Below, in pieces: positions 38,035 through 47,521 of a DNA stretch of 64,000 bases. The stretch is from Deltaproteobacteria bacterium (GTDB lineage Bacteria > Myxococcota_A > Polyangia > Fen-1088). A model generated the notes under the pieces. That model did not search any database. It saw only the letters and a list, made by a program, of their open reading frames with translations, and was not told where the DNA came from. The stretch's first letter is position 1; every line of letters starts with the position of its first letter. The stretch covers positions 391,183 to 455,182 of the forward strand of contig JANRKS010000007.1 in assembly GCA_033763315.1 (NCBI GenBank). Reading direction: 5' to 3'. The translations under genes and the position numbers were made by a program.

Positions 38035-39327
38035 ATGACCGAGCGAAGCACTCAACGATCCGAGGCCCTGTTTGAAACCGCCCAGAACCTGTTTCCAGGC
38101 GGCGTAAACAGCCCTGTGCGTGCGTTCAAAGCCGTGGGCGGCAAACCCGTATTTTTAGCGCGCGCCAAGGGCGCCTATTTGTGGGACGCCGACGGCAACA
38201 AATACATCGACTTCATGGCCAGCTGGGGGCCGATGATCTTGGGCCACGCAGATCCTGACGTTCATGCCGCCATCGTGGAATCAGCCGCCATGGGCACATC
38301 GTTTGGCGCTTCAACTGAACGCGAGATTCTGCTGGGCGAAGAGATTCGCCGTTTGTTTCCTTCAATGGAGCGGATGCGCTTTGTGTCATCGGGCACCGAG
38401 GCCACGATGTCGGCGCTGCGCTTGGCAAGAGGCTTCACAGGCCGCAACAAGATCATCAAGACTGAAGGCGCCTACCACGGCCACGCTGACATGTTGTTGG
38501 TGGCCGCGGGTTCCGGCGTCGCCACTCTGGGCCTGCCTGGCTCCGCGGGCGTCACGAACGCAGCGGTGGCCGATTCGCTCATCGTACCGTTTAACAATTT
38601 AGAAGCGCTTGAGGCGATGTTGCAAGCCAACCGCGATCAAGTGGCGGCCCTCATTCTTGAGCCCGTGCCAGGCAACATGGGCTTGGTGGAGCCGCATCCC
38701 GGATACCTCGAAGGCGCGCGCAAGTTGTGCGACACCTACGGCGCTCTTTTGATCTTCGACGAAGTGATCACGGGCTTTCGAGTGGGCCTGCGTGGGGCGC
38801 AGGGGCGGTATGGCATCAAGCCGGACCTCACGTGCCTGGGTAAGATTGTGGGCGGAGGGTTGCCCGTGGGCGCTTACGGCGGCCGCGCAGACATCATGGC
38901 AAAGATTGCGCCCGAGGGTCCCGTTTACCAAGCGGGCACACTTTCCGGCAACCCGCTGGCCATGGCGGCTGGTTTGGCGACGATCAAGAAGTTGAGCGAG
39001 GGCCTTTATGAGTGTTTGGACGAACTTGGCGCCCGGCTTGAAGCGGGATTGAACCAAGCCATTCTTGATTCGGGCGTCGCGGCCCGCGTGCAGCGGCTGG
39101 GCTCGGCCTTCACGGTGTTCTTCACCCGCACCAAGGTGGTTGATTTCGCCACGGCCAAACAGGCCGACGCGGCGAAGTTTGGCCGTTTTTTCCACGGTCT
39201 GTTGGAGCTGGGCCTTTATTTGCCGCCGGCCCAGCTTGAGGCGGGATTCATTTCGGCGGCCCACACGACGGTCGAAATTGACGCATTGATCGCGGGCGCG
39301 CGCGAGGTTCTTCCCCGGCTTGCCTGA
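38035..39327 (+). CDS. hemL: Glutamate-1-semialdehyde 2,1-aminomutase
   Basis: PGGVNSPVRAF, SGTEATMSA, FDEVITGFR, LGKIVGGGLP and YQAGTLSGNP. Confidence 0.98.
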   Translation: MTERSTQRSEALFETAQNLFPGGVNSPVRAFKAVGGKPVFLARAKGAYLWDADGNKYIDFMASWGPMILGHADPDVHAAIVESAAMGTSFGASTEREILLGEEIRRLFPSMERMRFVSSGTEATMSALRLARGFTGRNKIIKTEGAYHGHADMLLVAAGSGVATLGLPGSAGVTNAAVADSLIVPFNNLEALEAMLQANRDQVAALILEPVPGNMGLVEPHPGYLEGARKLCDTYGALLIFDEVITGFRVGLRGAQGRYGIKPDLTCLGKIVGGGLPVGAYGGRADIMAKIAPEGPVYQAGTLSGNPLAMAAGLATIKKLSEGLYECLDELGARLEAGLNQAILDSGVAARVQRLGSAFTVFFTRTKVVDFATAKQADAAKFGRFFHGLLELGLYLPPAQLEAGFISAAHTTVEIDALIAGAREVLPRLA

Positions 39328-39428
39328 CGGTCCGCAAAGCCACACCGTGCTAGGGGTGGCGCTTTGCTGGGATTTGGGCTATACGTGCCGTCCCTTAATC
39401 TGAAGGCCATTCGAACACAGGAATCCCC

Positions 39429-39794
39429 ATGCCCGCGCCCTTAGCCATTGTCAAAGCGAAATTCGAAAAGAAGGACAAGCTGGTTGATGAGCTGGTTGGT
39501 CTTTTGAGCAAAGAGACCGACGAGCCCAAGGAAGACCTGCGTAAGCGCCTGTTGGGTGTGTCGAACACAAAGCTTTTGAAGCTGCACTCTGCCGCTTCAA
39601 CTGTGAAGGATAAGTTTGGTGGCTCGCGCAGCAAGCTGGTGGAAGCCGCTGCCACCGCGCAAGGCAAAGCCAAGGACAAAGACTACGTGGGCAAGCTGGA
39701 AAGCTTCTCCTCGGCGCGCCTCATCGACATTCAAAAGGCCGCCAACCGCCGCGCCAAAAACGCTGCAGGCAAGGCGTCCTCAAAAGCCAAATAA
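39429..39794 (+). CDS. Small Lys-rich hypothetical protein
   Basis: AGGA SD; highly basic and helical with internal duplication (KFEKKDKLVDEL / KFGGSRSKLVEA; SNTKLL / SSARLI). Confidence 0.8.
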   Translation: MPAPLAIVKAKFEKKDKLVDELVGLLSKETDEPKEDLRKRLLGVSNTKLLKLHSAASTVKDKFGGSRSKLVEAAATAQGKAKDKDYVGKLESFSSARLIDIQKAANRRAKNAAGKASSKAK

Positions 39795-39848
39795 GCGCTG
39801 CCGCGCTTCGCAAGCCAAGTAAGCGCAGGCGAGCTTCGGCCGCTTCGC

Positions 39849-39882
39849 AAAAGGCACACCGTCAACGTGGCGGGGTGCCTTT
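39849..39882. terminator. Bidirectional intrinsic terminator
   Basis: AAAAGGCAC-ACCGTCA...TGGCGGG-GTGCCTTT hairpin between convergent genes. Confidence 0.65.
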
Positions 39883-40555
39883 AAGCTTTTCGAACGCGCT
39901 CACGCAGTGACCGGAAGGCCTCGTAGTCGGCCGCACGCAGGTAGGGGTTCTCCAAGATCTCGCGGCCCATCGTCGAGGTGGGCGTGCTGCCGTAGTTGTG
40001 TCCCGGGTAAACCACGGTTTCTTCGGGCAAGCCCATGAGGCGGTTCAGGCTTTGCCACAACGCCGCCGTGCTGCCGCCGGGAAAATCGGTGCGGCCGCAG
40101 CCCCCGACGAACAGAACGTCGCCGGTGACGATGTAACCATCCGCCAAGAAGCACGTGCCGCCCGGGGTGTGGCCAAAGGTCTCGAGGGCGCGCACGCCAC
40201 ATGCGCCAATCGCGACGTCCATCCGATCGGACAGCAACACCACCTGGCTGGCCATGGCTTTGATCTTCGGTGCTTCGTGCGGGTGGACAAACACAGCCGC
40301 GCCCGTGGCAGCCACCATGTCGGCCACGCCCTCAATGTGATCGTGGTGCGTGTGCGTGATGAGGATGTGCTTGATCGCCAGATGATGTTCGCGAGCCAGC
40401 CGCAACAGACGATCCACCTCAAAAGCCGGATCCACTACAGCCGCCTCGCGGGTGGTGGGGCAATACAAAAGCTCGCAAAAGTTTTGCAGCATGCCCACCT
40501 CTGTCTGGATGACTTCGGGGGCCTGCGGCAGCTGCGCGGTGTCGTTCATGATCAT
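39881..40555 (-). CDS. MBL-fold metallo-hydrolase (glyoxalase II-like)
   Basis: THTHHDH, GHTPG, TGDVLFVGGCGRTD and YPGHNY. Confidence 0.93.
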   Translation of the reverse strand: MIMNDTAQLPQAPEVIQTEVGMLQNFCELLYCPTTREAAVVDPAFEVDRLLRLAREHHLAIKHILITHTHHDHIEGVADMVAATGAAVFVHPHEAPKIKAMASQVVLLSDRMDVAIGACGVRALETFGHTPGGTCFLADGYIVTGDVLFVGGCGRTDFPGGSTAALWQSLNRLMGLPEETVVYPGHNYGSTPTSTMGREILENPYLRAADYEAFRSLRERVRKA

Positions 40556-40556
40556 A

Positions 40557-42632
40557 CTAAGGGCCTTTGCTGTTCACGACCACGGCCGCCACACCCACGT
40601 TGTTGGCGGCGTCGAAGGTGCGCACCGCCACTGCATGATCGCCCGCAGCCAGGGGCGGCAACCGCACTGAGAAGGCTTCATCCTTTTGATCAAGCAAGCC
40701 GTCTTTCGGAGCGGCGGATTGCCATGGGCCACCATCGATCTGAAAGTCGATGGCCGTGATCGGCGAGGCTGCATCCACGGCGCGCCCTGTGAGCGTTGGC
40801 GCAGTGGACGACAGCCCCGTGATGCTAGGGCGTGTGTTGTCCACCAACACGGGCGACGAAGTGAACGTGAAGTCCAGCGCCTCGGGTTGGTAAACGGCCG
40901 CGGCATCCGTCACGTAGGCGCGCACCACATATTCACCATCGGGCACGGCCTCGGTGTTCCAATCGAATTCGGGCTTCGTTAACGGCTCAGCCGTGGACGC
41001 CAACGGACGCCAGAGCGTATCGGCCTCGCGCTTGTAAGCCAGGCGGTAAACCAAGCCATCATTGTCGGCGTTCTCGACTTTAAAACGCAGCTTCAGGAGC
41101 GACGAATGAGGCGAGCGATCAGGCGAAGGTGGATCGGCCACCGTCATGTCTGTGATGCGCGCCCGCAGGTTTTGGGGCCTATAGAACAACGTCACATCAC
41201 GCAAGATGGACTTCGGCGCCAAGTCGGCGCGGTATTGCACGTAGCGAGCAGGAGCGCTCGCCACACGGCCCTCGCCTTGCGCACCCGCGAACGCTGGCGA
41301 ACCAAGCGGCGTCCACGGATCCCATGTGGCATCGGGTTTGGCCGTGTTGCCCGAACGCGTTTGCAAAGCCACGCCCGCGGCGGCCCCGAAACGCAGCTGC
41401 CCCCACTTCGCGAAGCGGCCGGCGTCGAACACCTTTGACAGATAACGGGCTTCGCCTTTGCCAGCGGGCTGCGCCGCAAACACCGCACCTGCATCGCCCG
41501 AGCCCACAAGAAACCCTGACGGTGCAGGCACCAACGTCAACGCTTGGCGTTCTGGCAAATCCAAAACCAGCGATGTGTTTCGTTGGGCATCGATGCGGTA
41601 GACCTTGCCCTCGGAGCCAGCCGCCGCAAACACGTTGCCGGCCTTGTCTGCCAAGAGTGACGTGAAATATCCCTGAGACAACGTCAGCACAGATTCAACG
41701 GCGCCTTCAGGTTCGATGCGGTAAACCGCGCCTTTGGCCTTCGGTGCGCCCGGCCGAGGCAATTTGCCAGGCGCCGCCGGTGAGCTGCCGCCCGTCACCA
41801 GCGCGATGCCTTTGGCGCCCTTGTCTTTCGCGGACGATTGGTTGTCTTCGCCACCGCCCGACTCAAAGTTGTTGACGGCCGCGAAAATCGTGTCGCCCAC
41901 GAGCGCGATCGCACGCACCTCTTGCGATTCGAAATCGGCAAGCGCACGGGCTTGGCCGTTCGTGCCCACGCGAAACAAGATCGCCTTTTCCGCAGAGCCC
42001 GCCAACAAACCACCGTGACCATCAGGCAGCAATGAAACCAAATGTTGATCGTCGGCCGACCACAACGTTTTCACTTTGGCTTGGGCGTCAATGACAGCCA
42101 CCTTGCCGGTCACCCCTGTGGCGGCGTAGGTCAGGTGCGCTTTCTGATCGTGGACAAGGGCCCACACATGTTCGGTGTCGAGGTGAGCCACCTCTTTGGC
42201 TTTGCCGTCGGGGAGGTTGATCCGATAAAGCTTCGCGCCAGGTGTTGTGGCGGCCAGCAGTGTATCGGCATCTTCAACGACCAGCGCCGTGACCCAAGGT
42301 TCGGGCAGCGACGCCACCAGGCGTGCGGCACCGCCCGCCGCGGGAACGCTGTAGACGCGACCCGGATCGCCTGTGCCGAAGTATGTGGTCTTCCCGTCAG
42401 GCGAAACCGTGGACGCCCACAAGAAGGCGGCGTCGACGGGAAAACGTTGAGGTTTGAGTCCCACCTCCACTTGGCCGGGTGGGGCGACCAACGTGCCCGT
42501 GGCCTCCCCTTCCTCGAAATCTTCAACCGTTGTTTGCACGAACGACTGCGTGGTGGCGGCCAGCGCATGCCCTGCCAAAGGGGAAAGAGAGGCGAATGCC
42601 CCACAGCAGACAACGCGACGGAGAAGCTTCAT
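40557..42632 (-). CDS. Secreted beta-propeller protein with C-terminal Ig/FN3-like domains
   Basis: Signal peptide ending HALA; repeated blades (YFGTGDPGRVY, AATGVTGKV, AAAGSEGKVY); ARYVQYRA; DWNTEAVPDGEYVVR. Confidence 0.75.
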   Translation of the reverse strand: MKLLRRVVCCGAFASLSPLAGHALAATTQSFVQTTVEDFEEGEATGTLVAPPGQVEVGLKPQRFPVDAAFLWASTVSPDGKTTYFGTGDPGRVYSVPAAGGAARLVASLPEPWVTALVVEDADTLLAATTPGAKLYRINLPDGKAKEVAHLDTEHVWALVHDQKAHLTYAATGVTGKVAVIDAQAKVKTLWSADDQHLVSLLPDGHGGLLAGSAEKAILFRVGTNGQARALADFESQEVRAIALVGDTIFAAVNNFESGGGEDNQSSAKDKGAKGIALVTGGSSPAAPGKLPRPGAPKAKGAVYRIEPEGAVESVLTLSQGYFTSLLADKAGNVFAAAGSEGKVYRIDAQRNTSLVLDLPERQALTLVPAPSGFLVGSGDAGAVFAAQPAGKGEARYLSKVFDAGRFAKWGQLRFGAAAGVALQTRSGNTAKPDATWDPWTPLGSPAFAGAQGEGRVASAPARYVQYRADLAPKSILRDVTLFYRPQNLRARITDMTVADPPSPDRSPHSSLLKLRFKVENADNDGLVYRLAYKREADTLWRPLASTAEPLTKPEFDWNTEAVPDGEYVVRAYVTDAAAVYQPEALDFTFTSSPVLVDNTRPSITGLSSTAPTLTGRAVDAASPITAIDFQIDGGPWQSAAPKDGLLDQKDEAFSVRLPPLAAGDHAVAVRTFDAANNVGVAAVVVNSKGP

Positions 42633-42665
42633 TTTCCGCGGTTATCATACACGCAACCTTTGCGG

Positions 42666-43736
42666 CTAGCGAACGGTGTAGCTCTGCGTTTCACCGTTGC
42701 GGCTGTTCGTGATGACGATGGTTCCCTTGCTGACCACGGCCTTAATGAAATGCGCTTTGTCATCGTCGCCGCCTTCAAGGTTGGCGATGCGTGAGGGCGG
42801 CGCGTTTTGTGCGCTGTCGTTCGCCAACGCGCGGTGCAGCTGCCACACGTCAGGGTGGTGGGGCGACTCGACAACGGCGGTGTAGGACTTCGCTCCACCG
42901 CCCTTGCGAGGACCATTGTTGAGCACGGCAACCACGGGGTCGAGGGCTTGCACCAATTGCGGCGCGTTCGAAATATCGGACCCGTGGTGCGTCACTTGAA
43001 ACAGATCCACCTGGCCTATCAGATTCACCGGGCAAGCCAGATCGTGTTCGTTGCCCCACAACAGATCTCCGAGATCCGCAAACGTAAAGTTCCCGGCGCG
43101 AATCACGAAGCCCAGGCTGCGGCTGTTTTCGTCGCCCAGGTTCTTCTTTCCCGGATCGGCCTTGCCGCACAGGGGATTGGGTGTATTCAGCACGCCCGGC
43201 AAAGGTGCGGATAAAACGTCGGCGTGCGAGGCCACGAACGTCAGCTCAACCCCGGTCAGGGGCAACGTGTCGCCGGGGCGCACGGTCAGCCTTGGTTTGG
43301 CGAGCGGCAGATAATCTTTGTCGTTGCCCGTTTCAACGGTTTGGCCGTGGTCCACAAAGCTCTTGATGGGGAAGCGTTCCGCCAAGTAGGGCACGTTGCC
43401 CACGTGATCCAGGTGGTAGTGGGTGACCAGCAAGTAATCGATGGCCTTCGCGTGCGCTTCGTTTTTCAGCACCGACAACACGCGCTCGCCATCGCGGGGC
43501 CCTGGGAAGCCCGTGTCGGCCAACAGCACTTCACCGCCAGGGGTAACGATAACGGTGGCGGCCCCGCCCTCCACGTCGACCCAATAGATGGTCAACGGCG
43601 CCGCCGTGGCCGTCATCGGCTTGGCCGGGGCGCCCTGCAAGGCCGGGGGGCTGGGTGGTTTCGTTGTCGAGGCACACCCTACGAAACCAAGGCATAAGCA
43701 AGCTGCAATCGAAGACAGGGTAAAAAATCGGCGCAT
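42666..43736 (-). CDS. ComEC/Rec2-like MBL-fold hydrolase lipoprotein
   Basis: VDVEGGAAT, DTG, THYHLDHVG, ENSRSLG, LGDL and THHGS; lipobox FVGC. Confidence 0.88.
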   Translation of the reverse strand: MRRFFTLSSIAACLCLGFVGCASTTKPPSPPALQGAPAKPMTATAAPLTIYWVDVEGGAATVIVTPGGEVLLADTGFPGPRDGERVLSVLKNEAHAKAIDYLLVTHYHLDHVGNVPYLAERFPIKSFVDHGQTVETGNDKDYLPLAKPRLTVRPGDTLPLTGVELTFVASHADVLSAPLPGVLNTPNPLCGKADPGKKNLGDENSRSLGFVIRAGNFTFADLGDLLWGNEHDLACPVNLIGQVDLFQVTHHGSDISNAPQLVQALDPVVAVLNNGPRKGGGAKSYTAVVESPHHPDVWQLHRALANDSAQNAPPSRIANLEGGDDDKAHFIKAVVSKGTIVITNSRNGETQSYTVR

Positions 43737-43792
43737 AGAGAAACTCCCAAGTGGTGAAACCGCTGCAACACAGAAGCATCAAACCCGGCACA

Positions 43793-44395
43793 ATGAAACT
43801 GTTCTTCTCACCCGGTACGTGCGCGCTATCACCCCACATCGTCTTGGAAGAATTGGGCCTTCCTTACGAGGCCATCAAAGTGGACTTGGGGCAAAAGGTT
43901 ACCGCCGAGGGTGCCGACTACCGCCTGATCAACCCCAAAGGCTATGTGCCTGCGTTGCAAGCCGGCGACGAGGTCTTGACCGAAGGACCTGCGATCGTTC
44001 AATTCCTGGCGGATAAGGCCCCGGAGCGGGGGTTGGCTCCCGCGCCGGGCACGCTTGAGCGCTACCGTTTGGTGGAGTGGCTGAACTTCGTTTCGACCGA
44101 AATTCACAAGCAGTTCTCTACCTTGTTCAACCGGGATGCCCCTGAAACCTTCAAAGAAGTGATAAAGCAAAAGCTGCAGGGTCGGTTTGCTTATTTGAAT
44201 GACCACTTCGCGCGCAAAGACTTCCTGATGGGCACGTCGTTCAGTGTTGCGGACGCGTATTTGTATACGGTGCTGCGCTGGACCAAGCGCTTCAACATGA
44301 GCTTAGACGCCGTGCCGGCGTTGGCGGCCTACGTGGAACGAATCGCCGCGCGGCCTGCAGTGAAGGCGGCCCTGGCGGCAGAAGGCCTCACCTAA
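43793..44395 (+). CDS. gstA: Glutathione S-transferase (beta class)
   Basis: MKLFFSPGTCALSPHIVLEE, INPKGYVPAL, EGPAIVQFLAD and FSVADAYLY. Confidence 0.93.
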   Translation: MKLFFSPGTCALSPHIVLEELGLPYEAIKVDLGQKVTAEGADYRLINPKGYVPALQAGDEVLTEGPAIVQFLADKAPERGLAPAPGTLERYRLVEWLNFVSTEIHKQFSTLFNRDAPETFKEVIKQKLQGRFAYLNDHFARKDFLMGTSFSVADAYLYTVLRWTKRFNMSLDAVPALAAYVERIAARPAVKAALAAEGLT

Positions 44396-44447
44396 GCCAC
44401 GCCTGCACGTGGCGCCCACAGCCCAGGCGTAATATGACCCAGGCTGC

Positions 44448-44930
44448 ATGGCTGCCCCCAAGAACCGGCGTTGGATTGTGTTCGTCCCCCTCCTTTCCGC
44501 AGTGGCGCTGGGGGTGGTGCTGATGGTGCTGCGCACGGGCACCGGCGATTTGGCGTTGCGCATCCGAATCATCCGCGCGCTTAATGAAGGCGGTGGGCAG
44601 ACGATCGACATGAACAACATGGCGGCCTTCACGTGGGACGAGCTGGTTGTGTTGGGACCTTACAGCACGGCCCAACAACAGGCTGACGTGGCCGAGCTGC
44701 CGTTTTATGTGCGGTGGGTGGTGCGCCTGTCCTCACGGGAAGACATTTGCGTGTTGGCGTTCAAGCTGGGCCATCGCTACCGCACGCACGTGGTGATGCC
44801 GCGGGCGAAGGGCGATTTCCTTCCAGCGGTGCGCCCCTCTTCGTACGTCAACGACACCGCTTTGTTTGCAGGTCAGCTCAAAGGTGATCGCATTTTGGTG
44901 TATCCAGCAAAGCCTCTCGAGGCCCGGTGA
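44448..44930 (+). CDS. Hypothetical membrane-anchored protein
   Basis: N-terminal TM; FTWDELVVLGPY motif; GTGA overlap with the CLC gene. Confidence 0.65.
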   Translation: MAAPKNRRWIVFVPLLSAVALGVVLMVLRTGTGDLALRIRIIRALNEGGGQTIDMNNMAAFTWDELVVLGPYSTAQQQADVAELPFYVRWVVRLSSREDICVLAFKLGHRYRTHVVMPRAKGDFLPAVRPSSYVNDTALFAGQLKGDRILVYPAKPLEAR

Positions 44931-46189
44931 CAGAAGCCCGCCATCGCCTGGTGGTGCTGATTCAGTGGCTGGGGCTCGGGGCCGTGGTGGGCGTGTTGTG
45001 TGGCACCGCTTCGGCGCTATTTCTGTATTTGCTCGACCTCGCCACCGCATACCGCGAACACCACGTATGGATGGTTTTTCTGCTGCCACCCGCGGGACTG
45101 GGCATTGGTTGGTTGTATCAGCGCGTGGGCGATCCCATCAAGGGCGGCAACAACCTTGTCATCGATACGATTCATGACAACGGGCCGCGGTTGCCGCTGC
45201 GGATGGCACCCATGGTTTTGGTGGGCACGGTCCTTACGCATCTGTTCGGTGGCAGCGCGGGCCGTGAGGGCACAGCCGTGCAGATGGGCGCAAGCTTGGC
45301 AGATGCCGTGGCGCACAGGCTGCACCTTGGTCCACAACTGCGGCGGCACGTGCTGGCCGCGGGCGTGGCAGGCGGGTTCGGATCGGTTTTTGGCACGCCG
45401 ATCGCGGGCGTGGTGTTTGGGCTTGAGTTCGTGGTGTTGGGTCACTTGGCCTACGAGGCCCTGGTGCCCGCACTGATCGCGGCCGTGGTGGGCGACATGA
45501 CCACGCGCGCGTGGGGCGTCACGCACGCCGCTTACACACCGGCCTCACATCTGGCACTTACGCCCTGGCTGTTCTGCAAATGGGCCGTGTTCGCTTTGGC
45601 CATAGCGATCACCACAGGTGCATTCATCGAGCTCACGCACTATCTCAAGCGGCGGGCAGACGCGTGGTTACCATCGCTGCCGCTGCGGATGGCGTGCGGT
45701 GGCGCCTTGGTCGTGGGGCTGTGGCAGCTTTTGGGCACGACCGACTACTTGGGTCTAGGCGTGCCAGTGATCGTGCGGTCATTTCACGATGATTCGTTGC
45801 CGAGTTATGCCTTTGCCTTGAAGCTGCTGTTTACGGCCGTCACGCTTGGCGCAGGCTTTTTGGGCGGCGAAGTGACGCCTTTGTTCTTCGTCGGTGCAGC
45901 GCTTGGCAACGCTTTGGCTGGGCCGCTCGGGTTGCCGCTTGAGCTCGCGGCCGCGGTGGGCATGGCCGCTGTGTTTGCCAGTGCATCGAACGCGCCGCTG
46001 GCCTTATCGGTCATGGCCATTGAACTTGTGGGCGCAAACGTGTTTCCTCACGCGGCCATCGTGTGCGTGCTGGCTTATCTGCTCACCGGGCATCGCAGCA
46101 TTTACCCATCACAACGCGTGTTTGCCGGCAAAACAGGCATAAAACTTCCGCACGCCAAGGCCATCAAGGATTGGTTTTCCAGTCAGTGA
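44927..46189 (+). CDS. CLC-family anion transporter, CLC-F (fluoride exporter) type
   Basis: GNNLV, GREGT and GEVTP signature motifs of the fluoride-specific CLC clade. Confidence 0.88.
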   Translation: MTEARHRLVVLIQWLGLGAVVGVLCGTASALFLYLLDLATAYREHHVWMVFLLPPAGLGIGWLYQRVGDPIKGGNNLVIDTIHDNGPRLPLRMAPMVLVGTVLTHLFGGSAGREGTAVQMGASLADAVAHRLHLGPQLRRHVLAAGVAGGFGSVFGTPIAGVVFGLEFVVLGHLAYEALVPALIAAVVGDMTTRAWGVTHAAYTPASHLALTPWLFCKWAVFALAIAITTGAFIELTHYLKRRADAWLPSLPLRMACGGALVVGLWQLLGTTDYLGLGVPVIVRSFHDDSLPSYAFALKLLFTAVTLGAGFLGGEVTPLFFVGAALGNALAGPLGLPLELAAAVGMAAVFASASNAPLALSVMAIELVGANVFPHAAIVCVLAYLLTGHRSIYPSQRVFAGKTGIKLPHAKAIKDWFSSQ

Positions 46190-46219
46190 CAAACGCGTCC
46201 GCTATACTTTGCGACCCGC

Positions 46220-47512
46220 ATGATTGATAACGAAGTTGATAAGGAGCCCCCCAAAGCCATCTTGTGTGGCGTGCAACTGCCAGATTTGGAAGACGCCGAT
46301 TTTGCGGACGGGCTTGCCGAGCTTGGGCGTCTGGCCACCACGTTAGGGATGCAGGTCGTGGGAACGCTGACGCAAAAGCGCGCGAGCTTTCACGCGGGCA
46401 CCTATCTCGGGGCGGGTAAAGTGGATGAGTTGCGCGCGTTGGCGGCATCAACCGATGCGGCGTTCGTGTTGGCCGACCATGAGCTTTCACCGTCGCAAGC
46501 GCGCAACCTCGAAGACGCCGTGGACGTTGAGGTCATGGATCGCACGGGCGTGATCGTTGAAATCTTTCACCGCCACGCCCGCTCACGTGCGGCCAAGGCG
46601 CAAGTGGAGATTGTGCGGCTGGAGTATTTGGCGCCGCGTTTGCGTGAACAAGGCAAAGGCCGCGACAGGCAACGCGGCGGCATCGGTGGCAAAGGCGCGG
46701 GCGAGTCCAACCTTGAACTCGATCGCCGCAAGATCCGCGATCGGATCGCCGAGCTCACAGACGAGCTTGAGCGCATGCAGACCGAGCGCGAAACGCAACG
46801 TGCGCGCCGTCACGATCTAAACCGCGTGGCGTTGGTGGGTTACACAAACGCAGGCAAATCCACGCTGATGCGCGCGCTGACGGGCAGCGAGGTATACGTG
46901 GCCGATAAGTTGTTCGCGACGCTTGACACCACGGTGCGCGTGTTAACGCCACCCACAAAACCGCGCATCTTGGTCTCCGACACCGTGGGCTTTATCGATA
47001 ACCTGCCGCACGGTTTGGTCACAAGTTTCAAGAGCACGTTGGATGAAGCGCTTGAGGCCAGCTTGTTGTTGCACGTGATCGACGCGTCCGACCGAGGCTG
47101 GCGCCGCCAAATGGAAGTCACAGACCGCGTGCTCACGGAAATTGGGGCGGCCGACATTCCTCGCCTGCACGTATTTAACAAGATAGATCGCGTGGGCGAC
47201 GCGACCACGCAAGTCGAAGCCACGCGCCAGCTGGCCACGTGGTGGCCCGACGCCATCATCATGTCGGCAAAAGACGAGGCCGATGTGCAACACCTGCACG
47301 AGATCATCACCAAACACTTTCGGCGTTTCATGGTTGAACGTGACGTGCGTGTGCCTTACAACGCACAACACTTGCGCGGGCCTTTGTTTGAAGAATGCGA
47401 CGTGCTTTCGGAACGCTATGAAGCGGACGGCGTGGTGTTTCGCGTGCGCGGCAACCCACACACGTTGGCAACGATCGAGGCAGGCGCGCACAGCCCGCGT
47501 TCGACCTCGTAG
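46220..47512 (+). CDS. hflX: GTPase HflX
   Basis: LSPSQARNLE, GYTNAGKST, DKLFATLDT, DTVGFI and NKID. Confidence 0.97.
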   Translation: MIDNEVDKEPPKAILCGVQLPDLEDADFADGLAELGRLATTLGMQVVGTLTQKRASFHAGTYLGAGKVDELRALAASTDAAFVLADHELSPSQARNLEDAVDVEVMDRTGVIVEIFHRHARSRAAKAQVEIVRLEYLAPRLREQGKGRDRQRGGIGGKGAGESNLELDRRKIRDRIAELTDELERMQTERETQRARRHDLNRVALVGYTNAGKSTLMRALTGSEVYVADKLFATLDTTVRVLTPPTKPRILVSDTVGFIDNLPHGLVTSFKSTLDEALEASLLLHVIDASDRGWRRQMEVTDRVLTEIGAADIPRLHVFNKIDRVGDATTQVEATRQLATWWPDAIIMSAKDEADVQHLHEIITKHFRRFMVERDVRVPYNAQHLRGPLFEECDVLSERYEADGVVFRVRGNPHTLATIEAGAHSPRSTS

Positions 47513-47521
47513 GAAAGCGCA

